A stretch of 64,000 nt of DNA from Paraphysomonas bandaiensis. Lineage: Eukaryota > Protista > Chrysophyceae. The notes below the pieces were generated by a model, which made no database searches, was not told the origin of the DNA, and saw nothing but the letters and a program-made list of their open reading frames with translations. The DNA is taken from the NCBI GenBank assembly GCA_965644295.1, contig CBFFRP010000066.1, positions 248,001 to 312,000 on the forward strand. Direction: 5' to 3'. Both the position numbers and the translations under genes were made by a program. Positions 27,521-39,700 of this stretch are shown here, piece after piece (position 1 is the stretch's first letter; each line of letters begins with the position of its first letter).

Positions 27521-29392
27521 CATATTGTCCTCACCCCTTAGAATTCGTAATTTGGTTAGATTGGAAAAAGAGTCGGGGAGAGGACCCGATAAGAAATTGG
27601 AATATAGATAGAGATAAATAAGAGAAGTCAGCTGACCCAATGATGAAGGAAGAGGACCCGTTAAGAAATTGGAATTTAGATCGAGATAACTAATAGAAGT
27701 CAGCTGACCCAATGATGAGGGAAGAGGACCCGTTAAGGAATTGGAATATAGATAGAGATAACGAAGAGAAGCCAGCTGACCCAATGATGAAGGAAGAGGA
27801 CCCGTTAAGGAATTGGAATTTAGATCGAGATAACTAATAGAAGTCAGCTGACCCAATGATGAGGGAAGAGGACCCGATAAGAAATTGGAATATAGATAGA
27901 GATAACTAATAGAAGTCATCTGACCCAATGATGAGGGGAGAGGACCCGTTAAGAAATTGGAATATAGATAGAGATAACGAAGAGAAGTCAGCTGACCCAA
28001 TGATGCGGGGAGAGGACCCGTTAAGGAATTGGAATATAGATAGAGATAACGAAGAGAAGTCAGCTGACCCAATGATGCGGGGAGAGGACCCGTTAAGGAA
28101 TTGGAATATAGATAGAGATAACGAAGAGAAGCCAGCTGACCCAATGATGAAGGAAGAGGACCCGTTAAGAAATTGGAATATAGATAGAGATAACTAATAG
28201 AAGTCAGCTGACCCAATGATGAGGGGAGAGGACCCGATAAGAAATTGGAATATAGATAGAGATTACGAAGAGAAGTTAGCTGACCCAATGATGCGGGGAG
28301 AGGACCCGTTAAGGAATTGGAATATAGATAGAGATAACGAAGAGAAGCCAGCTGACCCAATGATGAAGGAAGAGTACCAGCTAAGTAATTGGAATATAGA
28401 CCGAGATAACTAAGAGAAATCATCTGACCCAATGATGTGGGAAGAGTACCTGTTAAGGAATTCCCATATAGTTGGAGAGCACGAAGAGAAGTCATCTGAC
28501 CCAATGATGTGGGGAGAGTACCGTTGAGAGAGTTGGAACCAATATCAAAATATGTCAATGCAGTCATACCACCGATAGAGGACGGGAAATAACCCGTTAT
28601 GGAGTTGCCATAAAGATGGAGAGCACGAAGAGAAGTCATCTGACCCAATGATGAGGGCAGTGTACCAATGAAAGAGTTGTAACCAATATTTAAAGATGTC
28701 AGTGTAGTCATATTACTGATAAAAGACGGGAGATAACCCGTTAAGGAATTCCCATATAGATGGAGATAACTAATAGAAGTCATCTGACCCAATGATGAGG
28801 GGAGAGTACCGATGAGAGAGTTGGAACCAATATCAAAATATGTCAATGCAGTCATATCACTAATAAAAGACGGGAGATAACCCGTTAAGGAATTCCCATA
28901 TAGACGGAGATAACTAATAGAAGTCATCTGACCCAATGATGAGGGGAGAGTACCGATGAGAGAGTTGGAACCAATATCCAAATATGTCAATGCAGTCATA
29001 TCACTGATAAAAGACGGGAGATAACCCGTTAAGGAATTCCCATATAGACGGAGATAACTAATAGAAGTCATCTGACCCAATGATGAGGGGAGAGTACCGA
29101 TGAGAGAGTTGGAACCAATATCCAAATATGCCAATGCAGTCATAGTACTGATAAAAGACGGAAGAGAACCCGTTAAGGAATTCCCATATAGACGGAGATA
29201 ACTAATAGAAGTCATCTGACCCAATGATGAGGGAAGAGGACCCATTAAGGAATTGGAATTTAGATCGAGATAACTAAGAGAAGTCATTTGACCCAGTGAT
29301 GAGGGCAGAGTACCACTGAGAGAGTTGTAACCAATACTCAAATATGTCAATGCAGTCATATCGCCGATAGAGGACGGGAGAGATCCTGATAT
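27521..29392 (-). repeat. LRR array of gene 2: 26 x 72 bp
   Basis: Start-to-RGE distance is 21 x 72 bp shorter than in gene 1; runs of near-identical YLYLYSN units. Confidence 0.93.
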
Positions 29393-29889
29393 CCCTCCAA
29401 AAAATAAGCTCACTCCGGTTATGTTCGATCCTGTGCAGGTGACTCCAGTGAAAGTGCACTTATTCCCCACATCCGCACAGGTCCACTCAGACCGTATGGA
29501 GGTAACATCAGTCGCCTGAATGAAGTCACACAGCGCTGCCTCTTGAGAGACAACTGAGGCAACTGTGAGTGTTACGATACGAGAGTGAAATAAACTGATA
29601 AGCAGACATACACAGCGAATGGATGGATTCATATGGATGTATATGTATATGTATATGAAAGCATGGAATAAAATATACGAGAGTTTATGTTATGGTGTTA
29701 CGCTATTGCTGTAGCTGTATGGATAAAGCGCGTTGTTGAACATCCTGGAGTACCAAAGACAAGTCGAAGTATGTTCTGGGGGGTTATAATGTTATCAACC
29801 AGACATTTATATATAAATATCAGGTGTTTTAGTATATTTTTGCTTGGAATATTGGATTTTGGCTATAAGAAAATCCGTTATTTTTTTAA

Positions 29890-30306
29890 GGGCCCGTTCG
29901 GTTCATCCAATGGATTTTTGTGCTGGATTTGCATTCGCTGGATTTGCATTCGCTGGATTTGCATTCGCTGGATTTTTGAGAAATTCCACTGGTTGAAAAT
30001 GCACTGTATTTGGGTAATCCAGCAAATGGGCATAGCACTTACTACCGAACGATTGCCACATCCGGTATACGTGTATTTAACGCATATACTGTATGTATAA
30101 TCGTGATTCAAAAATCCAGCACTTCTCAAAAATCCAGTGAATCGTCTTTCGACTCAAAACACGAAACTAATTTCGCTGGATTTTTTCCAGCAAATGAGCA
30201 TATTTTGCTTTTTTGCGTTCGGTAAGATTTTCCAAATTCCAGTGGATGGACGAAATCCAGCGAATTTGAGCAAATCCAGCACTTTTTTGGTCTACCGAAC
30301 GCACCC
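29890..30306. mobile_element. PIF/Harbinger (Tourist-like) MITE, 417 bp, TAA target-site duplication
   Basis: TAA at 29887-89 and 30307-09; 13-bp TIRs GGGCCCGTTCGGT / ACCGAACGCACCC (11/13); subterminal GCTGGATTT motifs on the left (15-bp tandem x3) and AAATCCAG motifs on the right. Confidence 0.85.
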
Positions 30307-30319
30307 TAATATAATATAC

Positions 30320-30868
30320 TGTATGTATTGTATGTATGTATGTATGTATGTATGTATGTATGTATGTATGTATGTATGTATGTATGTATGTATGTATGTA
30401 TGTATGTATGTATGTATGTATGTATGTATGTATGTATGTATGTATGTATGTATGTATGTATGTATGTATGTATGTATGTATGTATGTATGTATGTATGTA
30501 TGTAGGTATGTATGTAGGTATGTATGTATGTATGTATGTATGTATGTATGTATGTATGTATGTATGTATGTATGTATGTATGTATGTATGTATGTATGTA
30601 TGTATGTATGTATGTATGTATGTATGTATGTATGTATGTATGTATGTATGTATGTATGTATGTATGTATGTATGTATGTATGTATGTATGTATGTATGTA
30701 TGTATGTATGTATGTATGTATGTATGTATGTATGTATGTATGTATGTATGTATGTATGTATGTATGTATGTATGTATGTATGTATGTATGTATGTATGTA
30801 TATCGGATATGGGTTTGTATGTATGTATGTAGGTAGGTAGGTAGGTATGTATGTATGTATGTATGTAT
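30320..30868. repeat. (TATG)n microsatellite, ~550 bp, with TAGG variants
   Basis: Directly visible; source of the spurious MYVC ORFs. Confidence 0.98.
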
Positions 30869-30979
30869 GGGTATATGGACAGCGGTGGTATGTATCTACA
30901 CCATTACTGTTAAGTGGTCTACCTCTCTAGGTCTCTTATCTCCTCTGCTCTCTCACCTCTCTCATATCTGATCATCTCG

Positions 30980-33555
30980 ATGAAGAAAGCCACTGAACGA
31001 GATAAACTTTTAGGTCCATATACCATATATATATATATATATCTGTATGTATATGTATGTATGTATCATCATATATTTATAGTACTGTATATATGTATAT
31101 AACACTGTGTATATATAACATATGTACATCTATAGGCCCTAGTAGTGGGGGACTAACCAAAAACCAACACTACATGTCTGCTTCCGCTTTCCTCACTGTA
31201 GCCGAAGAGATCAATCGACAAAGACAAACTACAGCCCATCTATCTCGTAGTGCATCTATAGGCATAGATATGACCCCCTCTGCACTCAACCCCATACGAG
31301 AGGTATCATACGTTATATATAGCTGTTATACATAGCTGTTATATATGGTTGTTATATGTATATGTTATATGTGTATATGTTATATAGCTGTTATATAATG
31401 CTGTTATATGTTATATATAGTTGTTGTATGTGTATATAGTGATATCCCCTCACGAACTGTCTCACTTGTTATACGTATGGTATATAGGTATTCATTTTGT
31501 TAAATGTATAATGTAGTTTTGAACCCCATACGGGAACCTCATACGTATAAAAACATCTTGCTATACCCTCATTTTTAATATAGGGACAAAGGAGGGCATT
31601 GTATGGGACATTGCCGTTTGTTTCTGCATTTGGAATGACCAAACGTGAGAATGAGATTCGGAAAGTCTTATCGTCAGTTAGTCACAAGTCACTCACTGAT
31701 CTTGCAAAGGAGTCTGAGGTATATACATATTATCACGTCATTTGGGGGGATTAGAACTTAATTTTGTATGTGTAGCATGCAGAAATGTTGGAGGAAGTTG
31801 ACGTCGATGAGGTATTACAATTATTTATTTTTGTCTTGAGTGTCTTCCTGTACGCCCGGTTGATTTATGTTTCTCATGGGATGCACTAGATTATTGTGAC
31901 CTTCCCACTGGTAATGGCAGTGTTAGTTGCTATTATTTCCCAGTTCCTTGTGGGATACAATACAGCGGTTATGAATTCACCGGAAGGGGTAGTTTTTCCG
32001 GGACACTCAACGGCAGAGTGGTCTTTTGCAGTCTCAGCTTTTGCCATAGGTGAGTACAATTGTATATCGTGGTGTATGGTAGTGACTATGAAAACCCTGG
32101 AATTTGTTACATCTGACTATAGGTGGTCCCCTGGGAGCAATTGCTGGGGGTCTTTTGGCCAACAAAAGAGGACGAAGGTGGTATTGTGTACTTTTAGCAA
32201 TTGTTTCTGAAGTTGTTGTAGAGGGGCTATGCTGGTAAACAGTTGGATATTCCTCTTCGGAGGCCTTATATTGACTCTGGCACCAAGTATTCTATGGATC
32301 ATACCCGCTAGACTTATTATCGGTTTCGCCTCCGGCTTGTCGTCTGTTGTGGTGCCCGTGTATTTAGGTACTTGTCGCGGAATTGTGTATTGTATAATAT
32401 GTTGCCATCATCTGTAATTTCCTGCCAGTAACCTGATTTTGATCGTGCGTGCAGGTGAAATTGCACCCCCTACGCTTCGTGGAACTCTTGGTACATGCAC
32501 TCAGTTCGCAATGGTGACAGGCATACTTGTCAGTGCTCTGATGGCTTTTCCTTTGGCAACTGCAACCCTATGGCGGTGGCTTTTCGCTGTGACGCCCATA
32601 TTAGCTGGCTCTCAGCTTTTGGTTTCTCCTTTCCTCTTGGAATCTCCTAGATGGCTCTTGAATCATGATGAAAATTCGAGTGTCGCTAGGTACTACTTAT
32701 TCTGTATAATTGTCAGATTAATGTATTTACTACAGGGTAGTGATAAAGGCTCTACGTGGATTCCGTTCTGACGAAGAAATTGAGAACGAAGTCCAAAATT
32801 TCATGTATGCATCGTCGAAACACAAAACTTCCCGTTCTAGTGCCCACTCCTCTGGGGCCATGTGGGACCTATTGCACGCTAAGGATGTGCGCATACTGGT
32901 TGTCTCTGTCATTGTGCTCCAAATGGCTCAACAACTATGCGGTATAAACGCTGTGTTTTACTATTCCTCGATGTTTTTTGATGGCGTTCTAAGCAACCCT
33001 CTACAAGGTACTGCCCTAGTATCGTTTATTAATGTTGTAGCTACATACGCTGCTCTTAAGTTAATGGACGACACCAATCGCCGCACTCTCCTTCTTTGGT
33101 CCGCTGGTGGGATGTTGATTTCAACAATATTTATTATAGCAGCCTTACTGCACGTAGTTCCAAATATTGTCGCCTTGGTCGCAGTGATGGCTTTTGTTTC
33201 ATTCTTCGAGATCGGCCTGGGTCCTATTCCTTGGTTAATTGTTGCAGAGATGTTTGATGCAAAGTATGTCGCCACTGCTATGTCAATGGCATGCATTGTG
33301 AACTGGGCCTGTAATTTTCTTGTCGGCTTGTTATTTCCTTTCATGCAGCAATCATTAGGGGCATATAGTTTTGGACCGTTTGGTGTGGTTCTTGTTGCAA
33401 CATATTTCTTTACCTATCTACAGTTGCCTGAAACCCACGGTAGATCGGTGGAGGAAATTCAACGACTGGTAGGTTCTGGAGATGAAGAAGTGAGACGAGC
33501 GATTGAGGTGATCGAAGGAATAGACGATTATGACTTTGGGGATGATGCCCTGTAA
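30980..33555 (+). CDS. MFS sugar porter (GLUT/SLC2-like hexose transporter), about 9 exons
   Basis: Motifs [72 protein letters not shown] introns link the pieces in frame (e.g. exons 30980-31013, 31136-31302, 31584-31718); the first donor (GTCCAT) is weak so the 5' end is less sure. Confidence 0.9.
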
Positions 33556-34141
33556 CGAGCAAGTATTTCAGTTGGATTGATCATTGCCACTTGTGTTTTG
33601 GTGTCTTGCGGGGATGTGTGTACTGGAGGGTTCTAGTTAATTTATAGCACTACCCAGATATAATATAACTAATGATATTATTTATGTTTTACGAAAGCCA
33701 ATACCTGTGACTGTAGAAACCAAAACCAGACAATTACAGACACATTTCATTGACATGATACATAGCAATAACAGGTTTTTAATATTGTCGTTAATTTAAA
33801 CTTGTCGCGATTGTCGATATATTGCGAAAATATTCCTGGTGCAATACTTTCGTGTTGAGAGTTCGACTGTATATCAAAATTTAAGTAGCGTACCCCTTAA
33901 ATGCAAGAGGCATTTCTTACAGTGTGTAGTATGCAGGTTGATCGTTTCTGTCATGAACACTAAAGATATTTTGAACATGTTATAATTTTCCTATCAATGC
34001 AATAATCGTGAGTTATATCAGCTTGCAATCCTTAAGTCTTATCAAAATCGAACATTACAAAATATGAGTACTTCAGTTTGGAATATTTCGTTGTGTAAGT
34101 TTCGGGATTTTATATTTATATATAGATTATATCACTACATA

Positions 34142-36253
34142 TTACACAGAGTTATGAGCAAGGATAGCAACATCTTGGTTCTGGCTTTCCTTCTTTCCGA
34201 AGCACGTAAATCTGTAAACTACAGTAGCAATCAGAATAACAAATACGACACATGCTATCACAATAGAGGCAATGGCTCCTCCAGACAGTTCATCATCATC
34301 ATTGCCATTTCCACCGCTGTAAGGTGTACTAGTAGCAGAGTTATTCAGCAGGACAAGGGCAACGCCATTAGACCAGCCGAACCCGACCTGAGGGGTATAT
34401 TCTCCCCCCCCGCCGCCAACGCCCACCTCAAAGGCATTGTACTTCTCATACATATACCCTGAAGTGTTGTAGGCTTCATAGTTCGTGGCAAGCCATTTAG
34501 AGGAGATGTCATTCTGTATACGCCATGACATGTGAAGTACAGAAGGTAACAGTCAAACTTACCGCCAACTGATCTGCTTCTGTCAACACCAGCCTCCTTA
34601 AGCCTTCTATTATGATCAGCACGAGAGGTGGCCATGCGTTGGGCGAGTCCCACTGTTGACCTGAATTAGTGGATGTAGTCAGTATACCGGCATCCTGTAT
34701 AAGACCGCTGGAAGAGAGAGATGCTAAAACGCATTCTCGAGATGACAATGATGTATCGGTAAGTCCACCCCACATGGGAATCCATGACGATATCGTGACA
34801 CCACCATCCCCATAGTTGGTTATAGATGATCCGGAAGTAATATTGAAATCATTCCACCTGTATTTTTAAGAACACCATATAGAAAACGTAATTAACGAGG
34901 CCAGCACAGGATAGTAGATGTCACACAATAACGAACATTGATAAAGGTCATAAGATTCCGGTAATTGAAGTATATTTCAAAGTAAATACCAACAAATCAT
35001 TCAGATATAAATTGCAATATATTCGCATTAATCCCGAAATACGAGACATGCTGTACAACGCTAACAGGGTGAACCTACACACATGCCACCTACCGGCATT
35101 GCTCTGCACTCCACAGAACTTCTTCTATGGCCAGCTTTCGTGCTTCAGCTGCGGCGCCATATACCTCCCCATCTTCACCAACAGCCAATGCAATTCGTTG
35201 CAAATTGAGCTCTAGTCGATACATATATGTGTTCAGGTCAGTGGGAATTATATGAGTGGTATCAATAGCTGACAAATTAAACGTGGGCGGGGAGGTAGGG
35301 TGAAGCCATCTGGAAGAGAAGTCCCAACCCGTTTCCGCTCCTGTGCGTATATTTTGGTAAAGCGCCTGCTGATATGGAGTTGATTCATTCCAAGATGAAG
35401 TTGCTGGGTCTACACCAGCAGTCTCAATATCCTCCAGGTAGGACTCCGGACGGGGTGCAGTACTATTACTGTGATATACATTTAACACATGATCTTTCCC
35501 ATTCATATTAACAACAACAGTGTGTCCCTTTAAAGGAGACATCCACCAACTATATTCTTTTTGAAGAAGTGGATAAGAATATGTTAATAAATCAGTTGTA
35601 TTACTTGAAGACCATCCCCAATAATCAGCTAATGAGATAATCATCTCTGATAATAGAGGAGGTTGACTACGATCAAGATAATATATACGTCCCCCATTAG
35701 GGACATATCCAAAATTATTAATATCATCTAGTAGGTTCCATATAACATACTGAGCAGTTTGTGGCATATCACAGACAAGAAGACCTTTAACAATCCATAA
35801 TGAATCCCAGTAATAACTTTCATGGAATCTTCCACCAGGGATAATCATGGGATACCTTCTAGGGACAAAACTAGATCGTTCAGGATATAATAATACAGAT
35901 TGATTAACTTGTTTTGATATAGTAGACCATAATTGATTTAAATCAGATGCCCATATACGATATGGTGGATATTGTATAGTGTCAATGAATTGTGGTGTAT
36001 TTGATAGATCGTTCGGGTAATATGAGAGTATATCACTACCTGATGCATAGAAATATGTGGATAGAAAGGTAGATAATTGATTAGGATCAGAAGTGTTAGG
36101 TATGGATCTATAAGCGGCATGGATTACAGAAGGATCGTATTTCATTGGCTGATCGACGAAGACTTTACTGTCATTGTAAATAAGTGATGTTTGAATGGAA
36201 TGAAGAATAGGACCGGTGCAGTATACACTGCATGCGAGAGTGATTGCTTCCAT
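34142..36253 (-). CDS. Alpha,alpha-trehalase (GH37) with C-terminal transmembrane anchor; exons ~36253-35094, 34857-34563, 34513-34142
   Basis: GH37 motifs DSKVFVD, PGGRFHESYYWDS, PNGGRIYYLDRSQPP, PRPESY, AETGWDFSSRW, QQWDSPNAWPP, MYEKY, GGGGGEYTPQVGFGWSNG; introns 34858-35093 and 34514-34562 keep frame; TM GAIASIVIACVVFVILIATVVY. True start uncertain (a hydrophobic in-frame stretch extends to a GTG at 36307). Confidence 0.9.
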
Positions 36254-36316
36254 GATGGTTAAGTATATGAATATATGGAGAAATGATACACTAACATATA
36301 CAAACACAGCTCACAA

Positions 36317-36402
36317 CCATATACCCATACATACATACATACATACATACATACATAACATGTACCTACCTACCTACCTACCTACCTACCTACATACATA
36401 CA
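36317..36402. repeat. (CATA)n/(CCTA)n microsatellite, inverted counterpart of 30830-30878
   Basis: CCATATACCCATACATACATAC...TACCTACCTACC. Confidence 0.9.
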
Positions 36403-36424
36403 TATAGCAGTATCCTCATTTGCA

Positions 36425-36711
36425 ATACTGAAATACGGTATATTTAATGGGTCATAAAAAAGGGCATTTAATAAAAAAACTCTGGATTTTTTTGTCTGAT
36501 CGACAAACAGAATTCTAGAATTGATCCTTGTAGACGACATTCAATTACAACCTGAAGATATTGTACAGTGTGTACCTCCACAAGTAATATCAGATATGTA
36601 AGTACCATATCCATATATAGGTATGTATGACTAGTAGAGTACATCATACCCCACAATGAAGTAACTCACTTCACTTCACTTCATTGTGTGATAACATGCA
36701 TTGAGAGGTCA
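36425..36711 (+). promoter_or_regulatory. Upstream block shared with gene 4 (50808-51119); putative promoter region
   Basis: ATACTGAAATACGGTATATTT.ATGGGTCATAAAAAAGGGCATTTAA, GTAGAGTACATCATACCCCACA and AACTCACTTCACTTCACTTC occur in the same order before both body-B genes. Function is inferred from position only. Confidence 0.5.
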
Positions 36712-36773
36712 TGTATGAGTTATGTATGTATATATGCATACAATAGAACACATTTTAGTGTCTATCAGTCGAA

Positions 36774-39700
36774 ATGAATCCATCCATTCGCTGTGTATGT
36801 CTGCTTATCAGTTTATTTCACTCTCGTATCGTAACGCTCACAGTTGCCTCAGTTGTCTCTCAAGAGGCAGCGCTGTGTGACTTCATTCAGGCGACTGATG
36901 TTACCTCCATACGGTCTGAGTGGACCTGTGCGGATGTGGGGAATAAGTGCACTTTCACTGGAGTCACTTGTTCAGGATCGCACATTACCTCAGTGGACTT
37001 ATATGATGATGGGATATCAGGATCTCTCCCGCCATCATTCGGTAATATGACCTCACTGACATATTTGGATATTGGTTACAACTCTCTCATCGGTACTCTG
37101 CCCTCATCACTGGGCCAGATGACTTATCTTAGTTATCTCTATCTACGTGACAATTCCATATCGGGTCCTCTCCCGTCATATATCGGTAATATGACTGCAT
37201 TGACATCTTTAAATATTGGTTTCAACTCTCTCATCGGTACCCTCCCCTCGTCATTGGGTCAACTGACTTCTCTTAGTTATCTCTATCTATATGACAATTC
37301 CTTGACGGGTCCTCTCCCGTCATCTATCGGTGATATGACTGCATTGACATATTTGCTTATTGGTTACAACTCCCTCAACGGTGCTCTGCCATCATCATTG
37401 GGTCAGCTGACTTCTCTGAGGTTTCTCTATCTCTCTGTCAATTCCATAACGGGTCCTCTCCCGTCATATATCGGTGACATGACTGCATTGACAGTTTTGG
37501 ATATTGGTGGCAACTCTCTCACCGGTACTCTGCCATCATCATTGGGTCAGCTGACTTCTCTTCGTGATCTCCGTTTACATTACAATTCCATAACGGGCCC
37601 TCTCCACTCATATATCGGTGATATGACTACATTGACACATTTGCATATTGGTGGCAACTCTCTCAGCGGTACTTTGCCATCATCATTGGGTCAGCTGACT
37701 TCTCTTTATTATCTCCATCTATATGGCAATTCCTTAACGGGTCCTCTCCTGTCATCTATCGGTGATATGACTGCATTGACGTATTTGCATATTGGTGGCA
37801 ACTCTCTCAATGGTACTTTGCCATCATCATTGGGTCAGCTTACTTCTCTTAGTTATCTCTATCTCTCTGACAATTCCATAACGGGTTCTCTTCCTTCATC
37901 AATTGGTGATATGACTGCAATGGCATATTTGCTTATTGGTGACAACTCTCTCAGTGGTACTCTGCCCTCATCATTGGGTCAGCTGTCTTCTCTTGTTGAG
38001 CTCTATTTCTATGACAATTCCTTGGCGGGTTTTCTCCCCGAATCTTTTTCCAGTCTAACCAAATTACAACTTCTAAGGGGTGAAGGTAATGTGTTCACAG
38101 GTGTCTACCCTTCCGATCTATGCACAATAACTACGTTAACAACCTTCTACCTTACACAAAACACTTACCACGAATGCTTGAGACCCACATCCGCACCGAC
38201 TCCTTTCCCTTCAGGGCAACCGACAATACAGCCATCTGTTCAACCTACAGGACAGCCTTCTGGGACCCCTACAGGACAACCATCTGGGACCCCTACAGGA
38301 CAACCATCTGGGATCCCTACTGGCCAACCATCTGGTAAACCTACAGGACAGCCTTCTGGTGAGCCAACAGGACAGCCATCATGTCCGCCATCTGGGACCC
38401 CTACAGGACAACCATCTGGGATCCCTACTGGCCAACCATCTGGTAAACCTACAGGACAGCCTTCTGGTGAGCCAACAGGACAGCCATCATGTCCGCCATC
38501 TGGGACCCCTACAGGACAACCATCTGGGATCCCTACTGGCCAACCATCTGGTAAACCTACAGGACAGCCTTCTGGTGGGCCAACAGGACAGCCATCATGT
38601 CCGCCATCTGGGACCCCTACAGGACAACCATCTGGGACCCCTACCAGACAGCCATCAGGTGAACCAACAGAACAACCATCTCGGATCCCCACTGGACAGC
38701 CATCATGTCAACCCACAGGTGAGCCATCTGGGATCCCTACTGGCCAACCATCTGGTAAACCTACAGGACAACCATCTGGGATCCCTACAGGACAACCATC
38801 AGGTCAACCCTCAGGACAGCCATCAGGTGAACCTACAGAACAACCCTCAGGTCAGCCATCTGGGACCCCTACAGGACAACCATCTGGGATCCCTACTGGC
38901 CAACCATCTGGTAAACCTACAGGACAGCCGTCTGGTGAGCCAACAGGACAGCCATCATGTCCGCCATCTGGTGAGCCCTCAGGACCACCATCTGGGATCC
39001 CTACTCGCCAGCCATCTGGTGAACCGACAGGACAACCATCTGGTGAACCTACGGGACAGCCATCTGTTCTACCTACAGGACAACCTTATCGGATCCCGAC
39101 AACACAGCCATCTGTTCAACCAAGAGGTCAGCCATCTGGTCAACCCTCAGGACAACCATCTGGGATCCCAACAGCACAGCCATCAAGTCAGCCATCTGTT
39201 CAACCTACAGGACAGCTATCTGTTCAACCTACAGGGCAACCATCTGGTCAACCCTCAGGACAACCATCTGGAATCCCAACAGCACCGCCGTCAAGTCAGC
39301 CATCTGTTCAGCCTACAGGACAGCCATCTGTACAACCAAAAGGGCATCCATCTGTTCAACCTACAGGACAGCTATCTGGGATCCCAACAGCACCACCATC
39401 AAGTCAGCCATCTGTTCAGCCTACAGGACAGCCATCTGGACAACCAAAAGGGCATCCATCTGTTCAACCTACAGGACAGCTATCTGGGATCCCAACAGGA
39501 CCGCCATCAAGTCAGTCATCTGTTCGACCTACAGGACAGCCGTCATATCCACCTACAGGACAACCATCTGGGATTCCAACAGGTCAGCCGTCATGTCAAC
39601 CTACAGTAGAGGCACCTGGGTTATCTACTGGGCAGCCAGCGTGTCAACCTACAGGACAGCCATCTGGGCAACAACATTCGACTTTTCCATCGACGCATGC

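Larger units (their letters stand above)
17201..29632 (-). pseudogene. Receptor gene 2 (body A paralog) with a 2-bp frameshift at ~27510; as assembled it encodes a 729-aa leader+LRR protein
   Basis: ORF 27443..29632 (leader, 26 LRRs) and ORF 19054..27534 (stalk, body) are in different frames; TTCACAGGTGTCTACCC of the paralogs reads TTCACAAGTGTACCC here. Same 56-bp intron (19012-19067) and last exon 19011-17201 as gene 1. Confidence 0.8.

Noticed and set aside
27928-28413. Antisense ORFs with MMRGEDPLRNWNIDRD repeats (also 10621..10815 and the minus-strand ORFs over gene 4 caps)
   Set aside because: Shadow frames of the LRR and cap repeats.
30137-30840. ORFs of MYVC repeats in three frames
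   Set aside because: Translation of the (TATG)n microsatellite, which has no stop codons on this strand.
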